Source: Eubacteriales bacterium (GTDB taxonomy: Bacteria > Bacillota > Clostridia > Oscillospirales > CAG-272). From it: a stretch of 62,446 bases of DNA. The notes beneath the pieces were generated by a model, which was given only the letters and a program-made list of their open reading frames with translations, searched no databases and was not told the origin of the DNA. The position numbers and the translations under genes were made by a program. Positions 1 to 7,674 of the stretch are shown here, piece after piece; within the stretch, counting starts at the first letter, position 1; each line of letters opens with the position of its first letter. The stretch is from positions 1 through 62,446 of the forward strand of contig JAZOAL010000105.1 of the NCBI GenBank assembly GCA_045595425.1. The letters are read 5' to 3'.

Positions 1-36
1 CTTCAGTTTAACTCTGATTTTTTCCTTAACTGCCAT
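1..36 (-). CDS. First 12 codons (MAVKEKIRVKLK) of a CDS that runs off the window; tentatively ribosomal protein S10
   Basis: ATG at 36-34 is preceded by GGAGG at 50-46. The N-terminus resembles the S10 MAKQKIRIRLK pattern. Too short to be sure. Confidence 0.3.
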   Translation of the reverse strand, partial: MAVKEKIRVKLK

Positions 37-77
37 TGTTTTTTGCCTCCTTTTAGATTTCCGCTCAAAAGTTCGTC

Positions 78-106
78 ATTATATACAAATGAAGAGCTTG
101 TCTGAA
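78..106 (-). promoter_or_regulatory. Candidate proximal sigma-A promoter (TTCAGA-17 nt-TATAAT) for the CDS at 36
   Basis: Reverse complement of 101-106 is TTCAGA and of 78-83 is TATAAT, with a 17-nt spacer. Confidence 0.35.
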
Positions 107-119
107 AGAGCGGTTTGTG

Positions 120-396
120 AAATGGGGCGAATTCACTTGTACACCGCGCCGTGTGTTTCTTCGCCTTCCATACAAAAGCCGGAATACCGATCAGCATGAA
201 TCCGGACTCCGGGGAAATGAAAGACCGCGAGTGAGGTCGCAGAAATAACGGTTCGGCAGCAGGTAAAGACACTGCCGAAGGATGCACGAATCAGTCCCGC
301 CCGATTGAACAAAAGGGGATTCCCCCTTTTCGGACATACTCTGCGAAAATTACCCGTCAAATGACGGCAACCTTCCGCTTCATCGCGCTCAGACCC
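120..396 (-). ncRNA. Unclassified structured RNA or long 5' leader
   Basis: Lies directly downstream of a consensus promoter, looks GC-richer than its flanks, and has no credible ORF. Stem-loops at 354-367, 311-330, 252-279, and 126-165 (enclosing 141-154). The ends 394-400 and 120-126 are complementary. Confidence 0.35.
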
Positions 397-400
397 ATTT

Positions 401-429
401 ATTATACAATATTTGCGCCCATATTGCAA
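401..429 (-). promoter_or_regulatory. Sigma-A promoter, TTGCAA-17 nt-TATAAT
   Basis: TTGCAA at 424-429 (palindromic hexamer). Reverse complement of 401-406 is TATAAT. Exact 17-nt spacer. Confidence 0.6.
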
Positions 430-690
430 TAGTTTCGCGAAAATATTCCGCATAGAATTTTAACAGATTTTTTGAGTTGATTTTTGTGCACTTTCAACAA
501 AAACTGTGTGTATAAAAAACTCTTTTGCGGATTTCCCTCCTCCGGAGGCCGTTGCGTATTGTCAAAATGTGAAAAAATAATAAACATAACAGCGCGGGTC
601 TTGAAAAAATCAAAAAAAAATGTTATAGTATAGTTATGAAGTTTAGCTTATATAAATAATGTAACCAAAATTCGACAAAACGGAGCATTT

Positions 691-3327
691 ATGAAGTATA
701 TAACATTAAAGAAATTATTATCGGCGGTAATTTTATGTTTAATCTGTCTTCTTTGTATTGCATCCTGCGCGAGTGCGGGAAAGAAGAAAACGAACTCGGC
801 AAATCTTAATCTTGATATAGGTATAGGCATCAGCCACTTCGAAAACGAAAGCGACTATCCCGAGCCTTCCGCTGATGCTAAGCTCGATGTATATTCATCA
901 AAGATCATCATCCGAGATGCTTATGATGATAAGATAATTGAAACTCCCTTGATCTATAATAATTCCTCCACAGCCCATCCGAGAATGCAGCTCCGTATCA
1001 GCGGAAACCGGCTATATGTCGTTTATTGTCCCGATATAAGCCTTCCGAGTCTCCAGCTCGCTTCAACCGATAACGGCGGCGAAACATGGGTACAAAGCAC
1101 ATTAAATTTGGAGGAGGATTCTGTTGGAACGATAGACGTTTTCGAATCATCCTTCTGGTCAACCAGAAACGGTGCGCTAATAATCGCAAACGGCATGGTT
1201 GATACCTTCATCTATTTCACGGACGATTCCGGAAAAACATGGCAAAAGGCAGAAGGTGCACCCCCAAGTCAAAACTGGCATGATTCACTTTACAGCGGCG
1301 TATTCTTAAGCTCCGCTATCGGCTTTGCTACATATAATTTTTACTCCTACCCGCCAAATGAGCCGCAAATTTATATTACCCTTGACGGAAGTGTTACATG
1401 GGATCGTCTGGCAGTCAAGGTCCCTTCAAGCGTTATGACAGCCTATGCCCTGGCAGGTACACCTTTCTATGACGGCATCAAAATCAACATCCCGATAGAG
1501 CTTTACGACGAAAACGATCAGTTAACAGATATAAAATATTATGTCTCATATGATTTCGGCGAAAATTGGGAGTTCTACACCGATGAAGAAGATCTGCAGC
1601 TTATAAGAAACGATGAGCTCGGAAAATGGTTCGAGAGCAACCGGCCTGCAATACTTGCCGATAAGGAATATTCTGTTTCGGATTTCTCACTTTACAGCTC
1701 CTTCTCTATCGAAGAAAATGTGCGAATAGACGCTTACAAATTAGTTGTTGCCTATGATATAAGTGATTGGAGCACACTGCATCTGACCGGCGAAATGTAT
1801 TTCGACGCGGAAGCCAACCTATATTATAAAGAAGCTTCCGGTTTTCCAATACTTCTTTTCGTTTATGAGGGCGATGTATTCGACCATAGCTATTATCTGC
1901 TCGGTTCAAGCAACGAAACCCAGTATAAAACCGAGGGGGAAGATCATCTTGCCAAGCGTCTCTATGAAGAATATGTCGAACACAAAACGATAAAGACCCT
2001 TTTTAATGAAGCAAGAGGAGCATATTCCTGGTTTACAGCCTATGCTCACAATCTGGTATACACCGGTGACAGCATGGAATATGACGGAGAAAAATATGAC
2101 AAGGTGTCAATCCTTGACATAACCTCAAAAGCTCAGCTTTCGGATTACTTATCAGGTCTGTTCTCCACCGAGATCACCGAGGAGCTTATGGAAACCACCG
2201 TAGGCAGTGAAAAGCATCCGCTCTTCATCGACGGAGAGGACGGACTTTACCGTTTCGGCGGATACGCAGGTCAGTTTAATTTCAGCGATCTTGATATCAA
2301 ACTAACCATATCCGAGCTTACAGCTTCCGATGCAATTCTGAACGCAAAGGCGGAAACAACGATATACAGCGATCTCGACCCCATCAAGTTCGAATACGAC
2401 TACGAGATATTCCTCGATTCCGACGGAAAATGGAAGCTGAACAGCTTTGTTCTTCCCGACAAAAAAATTGCCGATGTCTTTTTCGGCTACGATGATGGCG
2501 GCAATCGGGAAGATGATACCACCAAGATAACAATAAACGACATCTCCGACTGGGCAAAGCTGGAATTTACAGGAATCGGAAGCGAACAGCTCAGACAGTA
2601 TATTGAAGCTTTTGTAAATGGAGATCATAAAACGCTCGCGTCACTCAGCAAAGCCTCGGATCCCGCAGTCTTTGAAGAATATGCTGCCCTTGACATCACC
2701 GATTATTCCATCAGCAAAATATATTCCGCAGGGCAATCAAAGCTGCGCTTCGATTATACCATCGGAGATCAGAGAGCGGAAAGCTCGATCAGAACAACCG
2801 GCGGAGATCACAGCGTATATGTAATAGCCGGTCAGAACGGTATTTATCTCACAGATACAGACGAGAGTGAACCAACAGAGCTCGAGGGCTTCCTTTCGGA
2901 TTATTTCGCATCAACTCTGAATCACGAGATCCTCGACTGCAATGATCTGAGCTACAGCCAAAATCTCGATATTACCGAATTTCTTCTCAAGCGCCTTGGA
3001 GGATATAACATCTCCGAAAGCGATATAACAGGACTTGCATACATCATTTTCGGAGTTTACACCTTCTCTCCAAGCGAAGATCTGCGCAACGAAGACGGGA
3101 CCTTCTCAATCACAAACAGGATAAATCGCGGAATCGGCTTTGATATTATCAGCGAATACACCATTGATGATGAGATCAATATAACCGTTCAGTTTTATGC
3201 AGATGAATCAAAGCTTGTCCCTGCCTTCAGCATCGATTATCAGCTCCGTCAAAACGGCGCGGACTATAAGTTTGTGGGCTTTTACAAATCCCACGACACC
3301 GGACGTAAGATATACAAAAACATCTAA
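691..3327 (+). CDS. Large lipoprotein: N-terminal BNR/Asp-box beta-propeller-like region plus ~570 aa of unknown function
   Basis: Signal peptide with lipobox-like IASC (Cys26). Four S/T-x-D-x-G-x-T/N-W Asp-boxes: STDNGGETW, TDDSGKTW, TLDGSVTW, SYDFGENW (nt 1063-1569). Confidence 0.6.
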   Translation: MKYITLKKLLSAVILCLICLLCIASCASAGKKKTNSANLNLDIGIGISHFENESDYPEPSADAKLDVYSSKIIIRDAYDDKIIETPLIYNNSSTAHPRMQLRISGNRLYVVYCPDISLPSLQLASTDNGGETWVQSTLNLEEDSVGTIDVFESSFWSTRNGALIIANGMVDTFIYFTDDSGKTWQKAEGAPPSQNWHDSLYSGVFLSSAIGFATYNFYSYPPNEPQIYITLDGSVTWDRLAVKVPSSVMTAYALAGTPFYDGIKINIPIELYDENDQLTDIKYYVSYDFGENWEFYTDEEDLQLIRNDELGKWFESNRPAILADKEYSVSDFSLYSSFSIEENVRIDAYKLVVAYDISDWSTLHLTGEMYFDAEANLYYKEASGFPILLFVYEGDVFDHSYYLLGSSNETQYKTEGEDHLAKRLYEEYVEHKTIKTLFNEARGAYSWFTAYAHNLVYTGDSMEYDGEKYDKVSILDITSKAQLSDYLSGLFSTEITEELMETTVGSEKHPLFIDGEDGLYRFGGYAGQFNFSDLDIKLTISELTASDAILNAKAETTIYSDLDPIKFEYDYEIFLDSDGKWKLNSFVLPDKKIADVFFGYDDGGNREDDTTKITINDISDWAKLEFTGIGSEQLRQYIEAFVNGDHKTLASLSKASDPAVFEEYAALDITDYSISKIYSAGQSKLRFDYTIGDQRAESSIRTTGGDHSVYVIAGQNGIYLTDTDESEPTELEGFLSDYFASTLNHEILDCNDLSYSQNLDITEFLLKRLGGYNISESDITGLAYIIFGVYTFSPSEDLRNEDGTFSITNRINRGIGFDIISEYTIDDEINITVQFYADESKLVPAFSIDYQLRQNGADYKFVGFYKSHDTGRKIYKNI

Positions 3328-3345
3328 TTCAACAAGGAGCTTCTC

Positions 3346-3987
3346 ATGTACAGCACCCTGCTTTTCGACCTTGATGGTACTCTGACCGATTCGGGCAGAG
3401 GAATAACCAATTCGGTTGCATATGCGCTTGAAAAATTCGGTATTTCCTACGGAAGCAAAAAAGAGCTTGAGTGCTTCATCGGCCCGCCTCTCGTTAAAAC
3501 TTTCATGTCAAAATTCGGACTGCCAGAAGATGAAGGCAAGCATCTTGTAACGCTTTACAGAGAATACTACAGCGTCAAGGGAATTTTTGAAAATGATGTT
3601 TATCAAGGCGTCCCCGAGCTTCTTTGCACTCTCCGCAAGGGCGGCAAAAAAATCATTCTGGCAACCTCAAAGCCCGAGCATTTCGCCGTAAAGATCCTTG
3701 AGCATTTCGACCTTGCAAAATATTTCGATTGCATTGCAGGCGCAACCATGGATGAAAAAAGAACAGACAAGGATGAGGTAATTGCCTATGCCCTTGAAAA
3801 AGGAGAAGTTTCCGATCTTTCAAAAACAGTCATGATCGGTGACCGCGAATATGACATTTTCGGAGCAAAAAAGATCGGCACGGATTCTATAGAAGTTCTA
3901 TACGGTTACGGAAGCCGTGAAGAGCTTGAGAGTGCCGGTGCAACATATATATCCGAGAAAGTCAATGATATACTGAAATTCATATAA
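3346..3987 (+). CDS. HAD-IA family hydrolase (phosphoglycolate phosphatase / 5'-nucleotidase-like)
   Basis: Motif I LLFDLDGTLTDS, motif TSK, and GDREYD near the C-terminus. AGGAG-type RBS upstream. Confidence 0.75.
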   Translation: MYSTLLFDLDGTLTDSGRGITNSVAYALEKFGISYGSKKELECFIGPPLVKTFMSKFGLPEDEGKHLVTLYREYYSVKGIFENDVYQGVPELLCTLRKGGKKIILATSKPEHFAVKILEHFDLAKYFDCIAGATMDEKRTDKDEVIAYALEKGEVSDLSKTVMIGDREYDIFGAKKIGTDSIEVLYGYGSREELESAGATYISEKVNDILKFI

Positions 3988-4021
3988 TAAATATCTGCCC
4001 ACTGTTGTGAAATAGCAAAAT

Positions 4022-4064
4022 AAAGGTAGACACATAGAAAACCACTATGTATCTACCTTTTTTG
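4022..4064 (+). terminator. Rho-independent terminator after the HAD gene
   Basis: AAAGGTAGA (4022-4030) pairs with TCTACCTTT (4052-4060), followed by a T-run. Confidence 0.7.
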
Positions 4065-4165
4065 TTATGGTATAATAGAAGAAAAAAGATTATTAGAATG
4101 AAAAAAGGGCAAAAGAGGATAGCCATAAGAGAATCGAACCCATAAGATCTCTGACCTTGCTGAAT

Positions 4166-4873
4166 TTATTCGTTATTTAAAGCCACTCTTTTGATTTTTA
4201 TATTCGGCATAATTCTGTAAACAATAAAATATGTAATGACGCACAGTGCCGTCGCCGCAAAAACATCTATTATCGAATGTTGCTTGAGAAAAACAGTAGA
4301 TAGACAAACAAGAATGAGTGAAATGATCCAAAAAATCTTCCAGCCAATTTTCTGCATCCCTTTTGCATACCATCCCCCAAAAAACGCGCCTGCCATTCCA
4401 AGCACATGAATTGAAGGACAAACATTTGTATTGGTATCAAAATCGTAAAGACCTCTGACCGCCACAGCAAAAACATTATCCCTGACGATCTCAGGCCTGA
4501 GATTTTGACATGTTGGGTAAATGAGATAGAATATTATCGTAACCGAATAAGAAATAATGATAAACCACATATATTTCTTAAAATTCTCAACATCAAAAAC
4601 GCCAAGATAAAGTATCATTCCCACAAGGAAAACAAACCATGCCCAATAAGGAATGATAAACAACTCATTAAAGGGAATGAAATTGTCAAGCTCGCACCAA
4701 ACGGGCTGATAATAACCTCTCGGTATCAGTCTCTCAACAGCTAAAAACATAAGGCCGTAAACAGGCCAAAATAAAAGTAATAAAAGGTGAGAAAATTCAG
4801 AGCTTCTCAGCTTTGAAAACCTGAATTTTCTGTAATCAACATCAATCTGTAACATTTTTTTCATAATCCTCAT
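4166..4873 (-). CDS. PAP2_C / sphingomyelin-synthase-like membrane phosphotransferase or phosphatase
   Basis: Polytopic membrane protein with PSIH (PSGH-like) and HSIIDV (HYTxDV-like) motifs. The start is ambiguous (ATGs at 4873, 4864 and 4855) and overlaps the stop of the upstream GT gene. Confidence 0.55.
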   Translation of the reverse strand: MRIMKKMLQIDVDYRKFRFSKLRSSEFSHLLLLLFWPVYGLMFLAVERLIPRGYYQPVWCELDNFIPFNELFIIPYWAWFVFLVGMILYLGVFDVENFKKYMWFIIISYSVTIIFYLIYPTCQNLRPEIVRDNVFAVAVRGLYDFDTNTNVCPSIHVLGMAGAFFGGWYAKGMQKIGWKIFWIISLILVCLSTVFLKQHSIIDVFAATALCVITYFIVYRIMPNIKIKRVALNNE

Positions 4874-5969
4874 AAACTCGTGTATAAATACGATCTGCGG
4901 CACGATAATTGAAAGCACCGGAAAGCCGCTCTGTAATTTCCGAAAGCCACATTCTGTCAGAGACGAGCTTAAGTGCCGCCAGAACAAGCTCTTCGACACT
5001 TTCTGCATGAAAAATATAGCCCTTTTTCAAAAGAAATTCCAAATTTCTTGTTTCACATCCGGGAACAGCGTTTAAACATATCAGGGGCAGATGCTTTGTA
5101 AGTGCCTCGGTGGTGCTTAGCCCCCCCGGCTTGCTTATCATGACATCCGAAGCATCCATAAGAGAAGCAATGTTTTCAACGAAGCCGTAAATTCGGATGC
5201 TGTGACCCGCTAGCGGCAAAAGCTCATCATACAATTTCTTGTTGCTGCCGCACACCACAGTGAGCGTTACACCTTCGGGCATCTTCTTTGCAAGAAGCTC
5301 TGCAATTTCCTCCATAGGGCCTGCGCCCATGCTTCCGCTCATAAACAGAATATTTTTGCCATCCTCAGGAAGACCTTCATTTCTTTTGGCTTCGCCTTTG
5401 TCAGCACGATCATAGAAAACAGCTCTGACAGGTATTCCGCTTTCGGTTATCCTCTCCTCGGGAACACCGCAACGCACAAACTCGCCTTTAAGTCCTACAG
5501 GAATAAAATAGCCGTCCATATCCCCCATATTGACGCCGGGACTGCAGGTATAATCCGTTGCAACAAAATACATCTTAATATCGGGAGCATATTTTCTTCG
5601 TATCTCGGTCAAAGTCAGCTCAGCAAAAACATGCACGGCAATTACCGCATCATATTTGTTTTCCTTTATATACTTATAAAGCTCATCTGCGGTAGAGGCG
5701 TTCGCCGTATAAAGTATCTTATTTCCATGCTTCTCCTCAAAGCGGTATCCCGCACCGAAAAGCTTCGGCAAATATCTGTAAACGAAAACATGCCCTCGGC
5801 TTATGACCTTTGAAACGCCCTTTGAGAAAAGATCCAGAGTATTAAATACATCACATTTATAACCGTGCCCCTCAAAGCATTCTTTTATTGAAGCGGCGGC
5901 AGAATTGTGCCCGCCACCGGTATTACACGACAGTATCAATACTTTCACAATCTGCCGACTCCTTCCCAA
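4842..5969 (-). CDS. GT28 MGDG-synthase / UgtP-like diacylglycerol glycosyltransferase
   Basis: N-terminal KVLILSCNTGGGHNSAA, YFVATDY, and ISKPGGLSTTEA motifs parallel B. subtilis UgtP. Confidence 0.75.
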   Translation of the reverse strand: MGRSRQIVKVLILSCNTGGGHNSAAASIKECFEGHGYKCDVFNTLDLFSKGVSKVISRGHVFVYRYLPKLFGAGYRFEEKHGNKILYTANASTADELYKYIKENKYDAVIAVHVFAELTLTEIRRKYAPDIKMYFVATDYTCSPGVNMGDMDGYFIPVGLKGEFVRCGVPEERITESGIPVRAVFYDRADKGEAKRNEGLPEDGKNILFMSGSMGAGPMEEIAELLAKKMPEGVTLTVVCGSNKKLYDELLPLAGHSIRIYGFVENIASLMDASDVMISKPGGLSTTEALTKHLPLICLNAVPGCETRNLEFLLKKGYIFHAESVEELVLAALKLVSDRMWLSEITERLSGAFNYRAADRIYTRVYEDYEKNVTD

Positions 5970-6444
5970 AAGATTCCTCTTTCTTTATCTGTCTTGCATA
6001 AAGCCGTTCCAGCTTCGGACGGTTATATCGCTGTATCATTATAAACGGAATATTGCAGAGCGCATAAATCAGCATAAATGCCACGCCTGTATTTCCCTCC
6101 ACAAGGAGGGCAAGAACCGGACTTGAAAGAATGAGCAGAATATGCACAAGCTCTGCAAGGCAGGTCTCATTTATATATTTCAAAATGTGATCGGAAGACA
6201 TATTTCTGTCAAGCTTTTTACGAAACATGTAAGGAACGATTTTACTCATATCGGGAAGCTTTGTCATCCAGCGGGAAACATGAAATCTGTTATAAAATGC
6301 GCCGCCTTTTTCCCATTCAAATGCTTTAAAGGGAAAAGAACTATGACTTAACTTTTCTTTGGGGATTATAAATCCGAGAATGTGTGCAAGCACGCCAACA
6401 ACCAAAACAAACTTCACGCCTGTCAAAAAATCACGCCAAAACAT
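5923..6444 (-). CDS. CrtO-family membrane acyltransferase (glycosyl-4,4'-diaponeurosporenoate acyltransferase-like)
   Basis: WEKGGAFY..VSRWMTKLPD, ETCLAELVH and NIPFIMIQRYNRPKL closely parallel S. aureus CrtO (ETKRAELIH, NVPIIIVQRYNRPRL). Confidence 0.7.
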   Translation of the reverse strand: MFWRDFLTGVKFVLVVGVLAHILGFIIPKEKLSHSSFPFKAFEWEKGGAFYNRFHVSRWMTKLPDMSKIVPYMFRKKLDRNMSSDHILKYINETCLAELVHILLILSSPVLALLVEGNTGVAFMLIYALCNIPFIMIQRYNRPKLERLYARQIKKEESFGKESADCESIDTVV

Positions 6445-6559
6445 ACAAAAACCTCCAATCTTAGCATTATATTATATTTTATAATACAAAAATCAAGCGA
6501 ATATCAATAATGTATGCTTATTTTGATTTTTCATTCTTAAATCAGCAGTGCCTGTTAAA

Positions 6560-6632
6560 AAACAATAATTTGTAAGCATGGGGCACCGCCCCTTGCCCCG
6601 CTAAAGACCTTTTTCGAAAAAAGGTCTTTAGA
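6560..6632. repeat. Intergenic repeat/hairpin block: solo AAACAATAATTT end, GGGGC/GCCCC hairpin, and a perfect AAAGACCTTTTT/AAAAAGGTCTTT hairpin
   Basis: The 12-mer at 6560-6571 matches the terminal repeats at 7589-7601 and 36197-36209. The perfect stem at 6602-6630 probably also terminates the gene ending at 6679. Confidence 0.5.
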
Positions 6633-6678
6633 ATCCCAAAAACTTTAAATGGTTGACAAACCGAAATTTGATTGACGG

Positions 6679-7350
6679 TCACCAAATGAATGGTATCAGG
6701 CGATATTTGACTTTTTGCTTATATTCACCATAACCGTCCAGTTCTTTTAAAAGGAATTCTTCTTCACCTTTAATCCTTTTGGCAATAATAAAAGGGTAAG
6801 TGAGAAATATTATAAATGAATATACAGAGCCTAATACAATCGGCATTGATAAAAACAAAAGTAATGTCACGCTGTACATTGGATGTCTGACAATTCCGTA
6901 TAGTCCTGTGTCTATTACCTTTTGGTTTTCTTGTACTTCAATGGTGCGGCTAAGATATGTATTCTCTCGCAGTACCTGTGCATAAAGAATATATGCAACA
7001 AGAAACACAACCGCCGCACCTATTACAATACCTATCGGCAAGACATACCAATTAAAACGAACACCGAGCCCCGCAACGATAAAGCCTGCCACAAACATAA
7101 GTCCGCTCAATTTCACAACAAGACTTTGTTCTTGTTGCTTTTCTTTTGCATCCAACCTGCTTTTTAATAGGTTAGGGTTTTTGAACATCATTACAATTCC
7201 CGCAAAGAACATTGGAATAAATAAAATGCCCATAAATAACCAACCGTTGAAAAACGAAAAAGTACCTGCCGGTAAGAATATTAACAATCCAACCAAAACA
7301 ACACCTAATAAAAACTTTGTTATTGCCTGCACGAATAATTTCCTTGTCAT
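6679..7350 (-). CDS. ICMT/PEMT-family membrane methyltransferase
   Basis: Polytopic protein with the C-terminal signature GLYGIVRHPMY..L. Confidence 0.7.
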   Translation of the reverse strand: MTRKLFVQAITKFLLGVVLVGLLIFLPAGTFSFFNGWLFMGILFIPMFFAGIVMMFKNPNLLKSRLDAKEKQQEQSLVVKLSGLMFVAGFIVAGLGVRFNWYVLPIGIVIGAAVVFLVAYILYAQVLRENTYLSRTIEVQENQKVIDTGLYGIVRHPMYSVTLLLFLSMPIVLGSVYSFIIFLTYPFIIAKRIKGEEEFLLKELDGYGEYKQKVKYRLIPFIW

Positions 7351-7587
7351 AGTTATTCACTTCCAAATTCCGTTTTATCACACTGTTGTATTTGCTGTTG
7401 AATGGGAACACAAAGTCAAATTGGGACTATTTTAAAGCTCCGCAAATTGCAATAGTAAGCTGCGCTCAAATAATATTACCATAAAAATTTTATTTTTTCA
7501 AGAGCTTTTACAAACCATCTCTTGAAAAAATTCTTAAAATATGTTAATATAAATAAAAGATAACAAAATCTATACAGTTATGCCGCA

Positions 7588-7635
7588 ATAAACAATAATT
7601 TATCAGTTAGTGAGGACGACCAAATTATTGTTTAT
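7588..7635. repeat. 14-bp perfect inverted repeat (ATAAACAATAATTT / AAATTATTGTTTAT) around a 20-nt loop
   Basis: Arms at 7588-7601 and 7622-7635. The same arms bound the 216-bp element at 36196-36411. Confidence 0.6.
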
Positions 7636-7674
7636 CTATCTTTATTCACATAAAAAATAAAAAGCAGGTCAAAA

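Noticed and set aside
140-152. Plus-strand GTACACCGCGCC, which faintly resembles the T-box GGTACCGCG core.
   Set aside because: It sits on the wrong strand relative to the only promoter seen. No specifier-loop or stem I features are present, and the downstream plus-strand gene is a lipoprotein rather than an aminoacyl-tRNA-related gene.
3-453. Track ORFs of 94 aa (3-287) and 106 aa (133-453) on the minus strand.
   Set aside because: They have no RBS, mutually overlapping frames and Cys/Arg/Phe-rich odd composition. They lie in a hairpin-dense region directly behind a promoter, which is better explained as RNA.
4117-4160. GAGAATCGAACCC, which looks like the reverse complement of a tRNA T-arm.
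   Set aside because: The flanking bases do not form a T-stem or an acceptor stem. At best it is a decayed fragment, and more likely chance.
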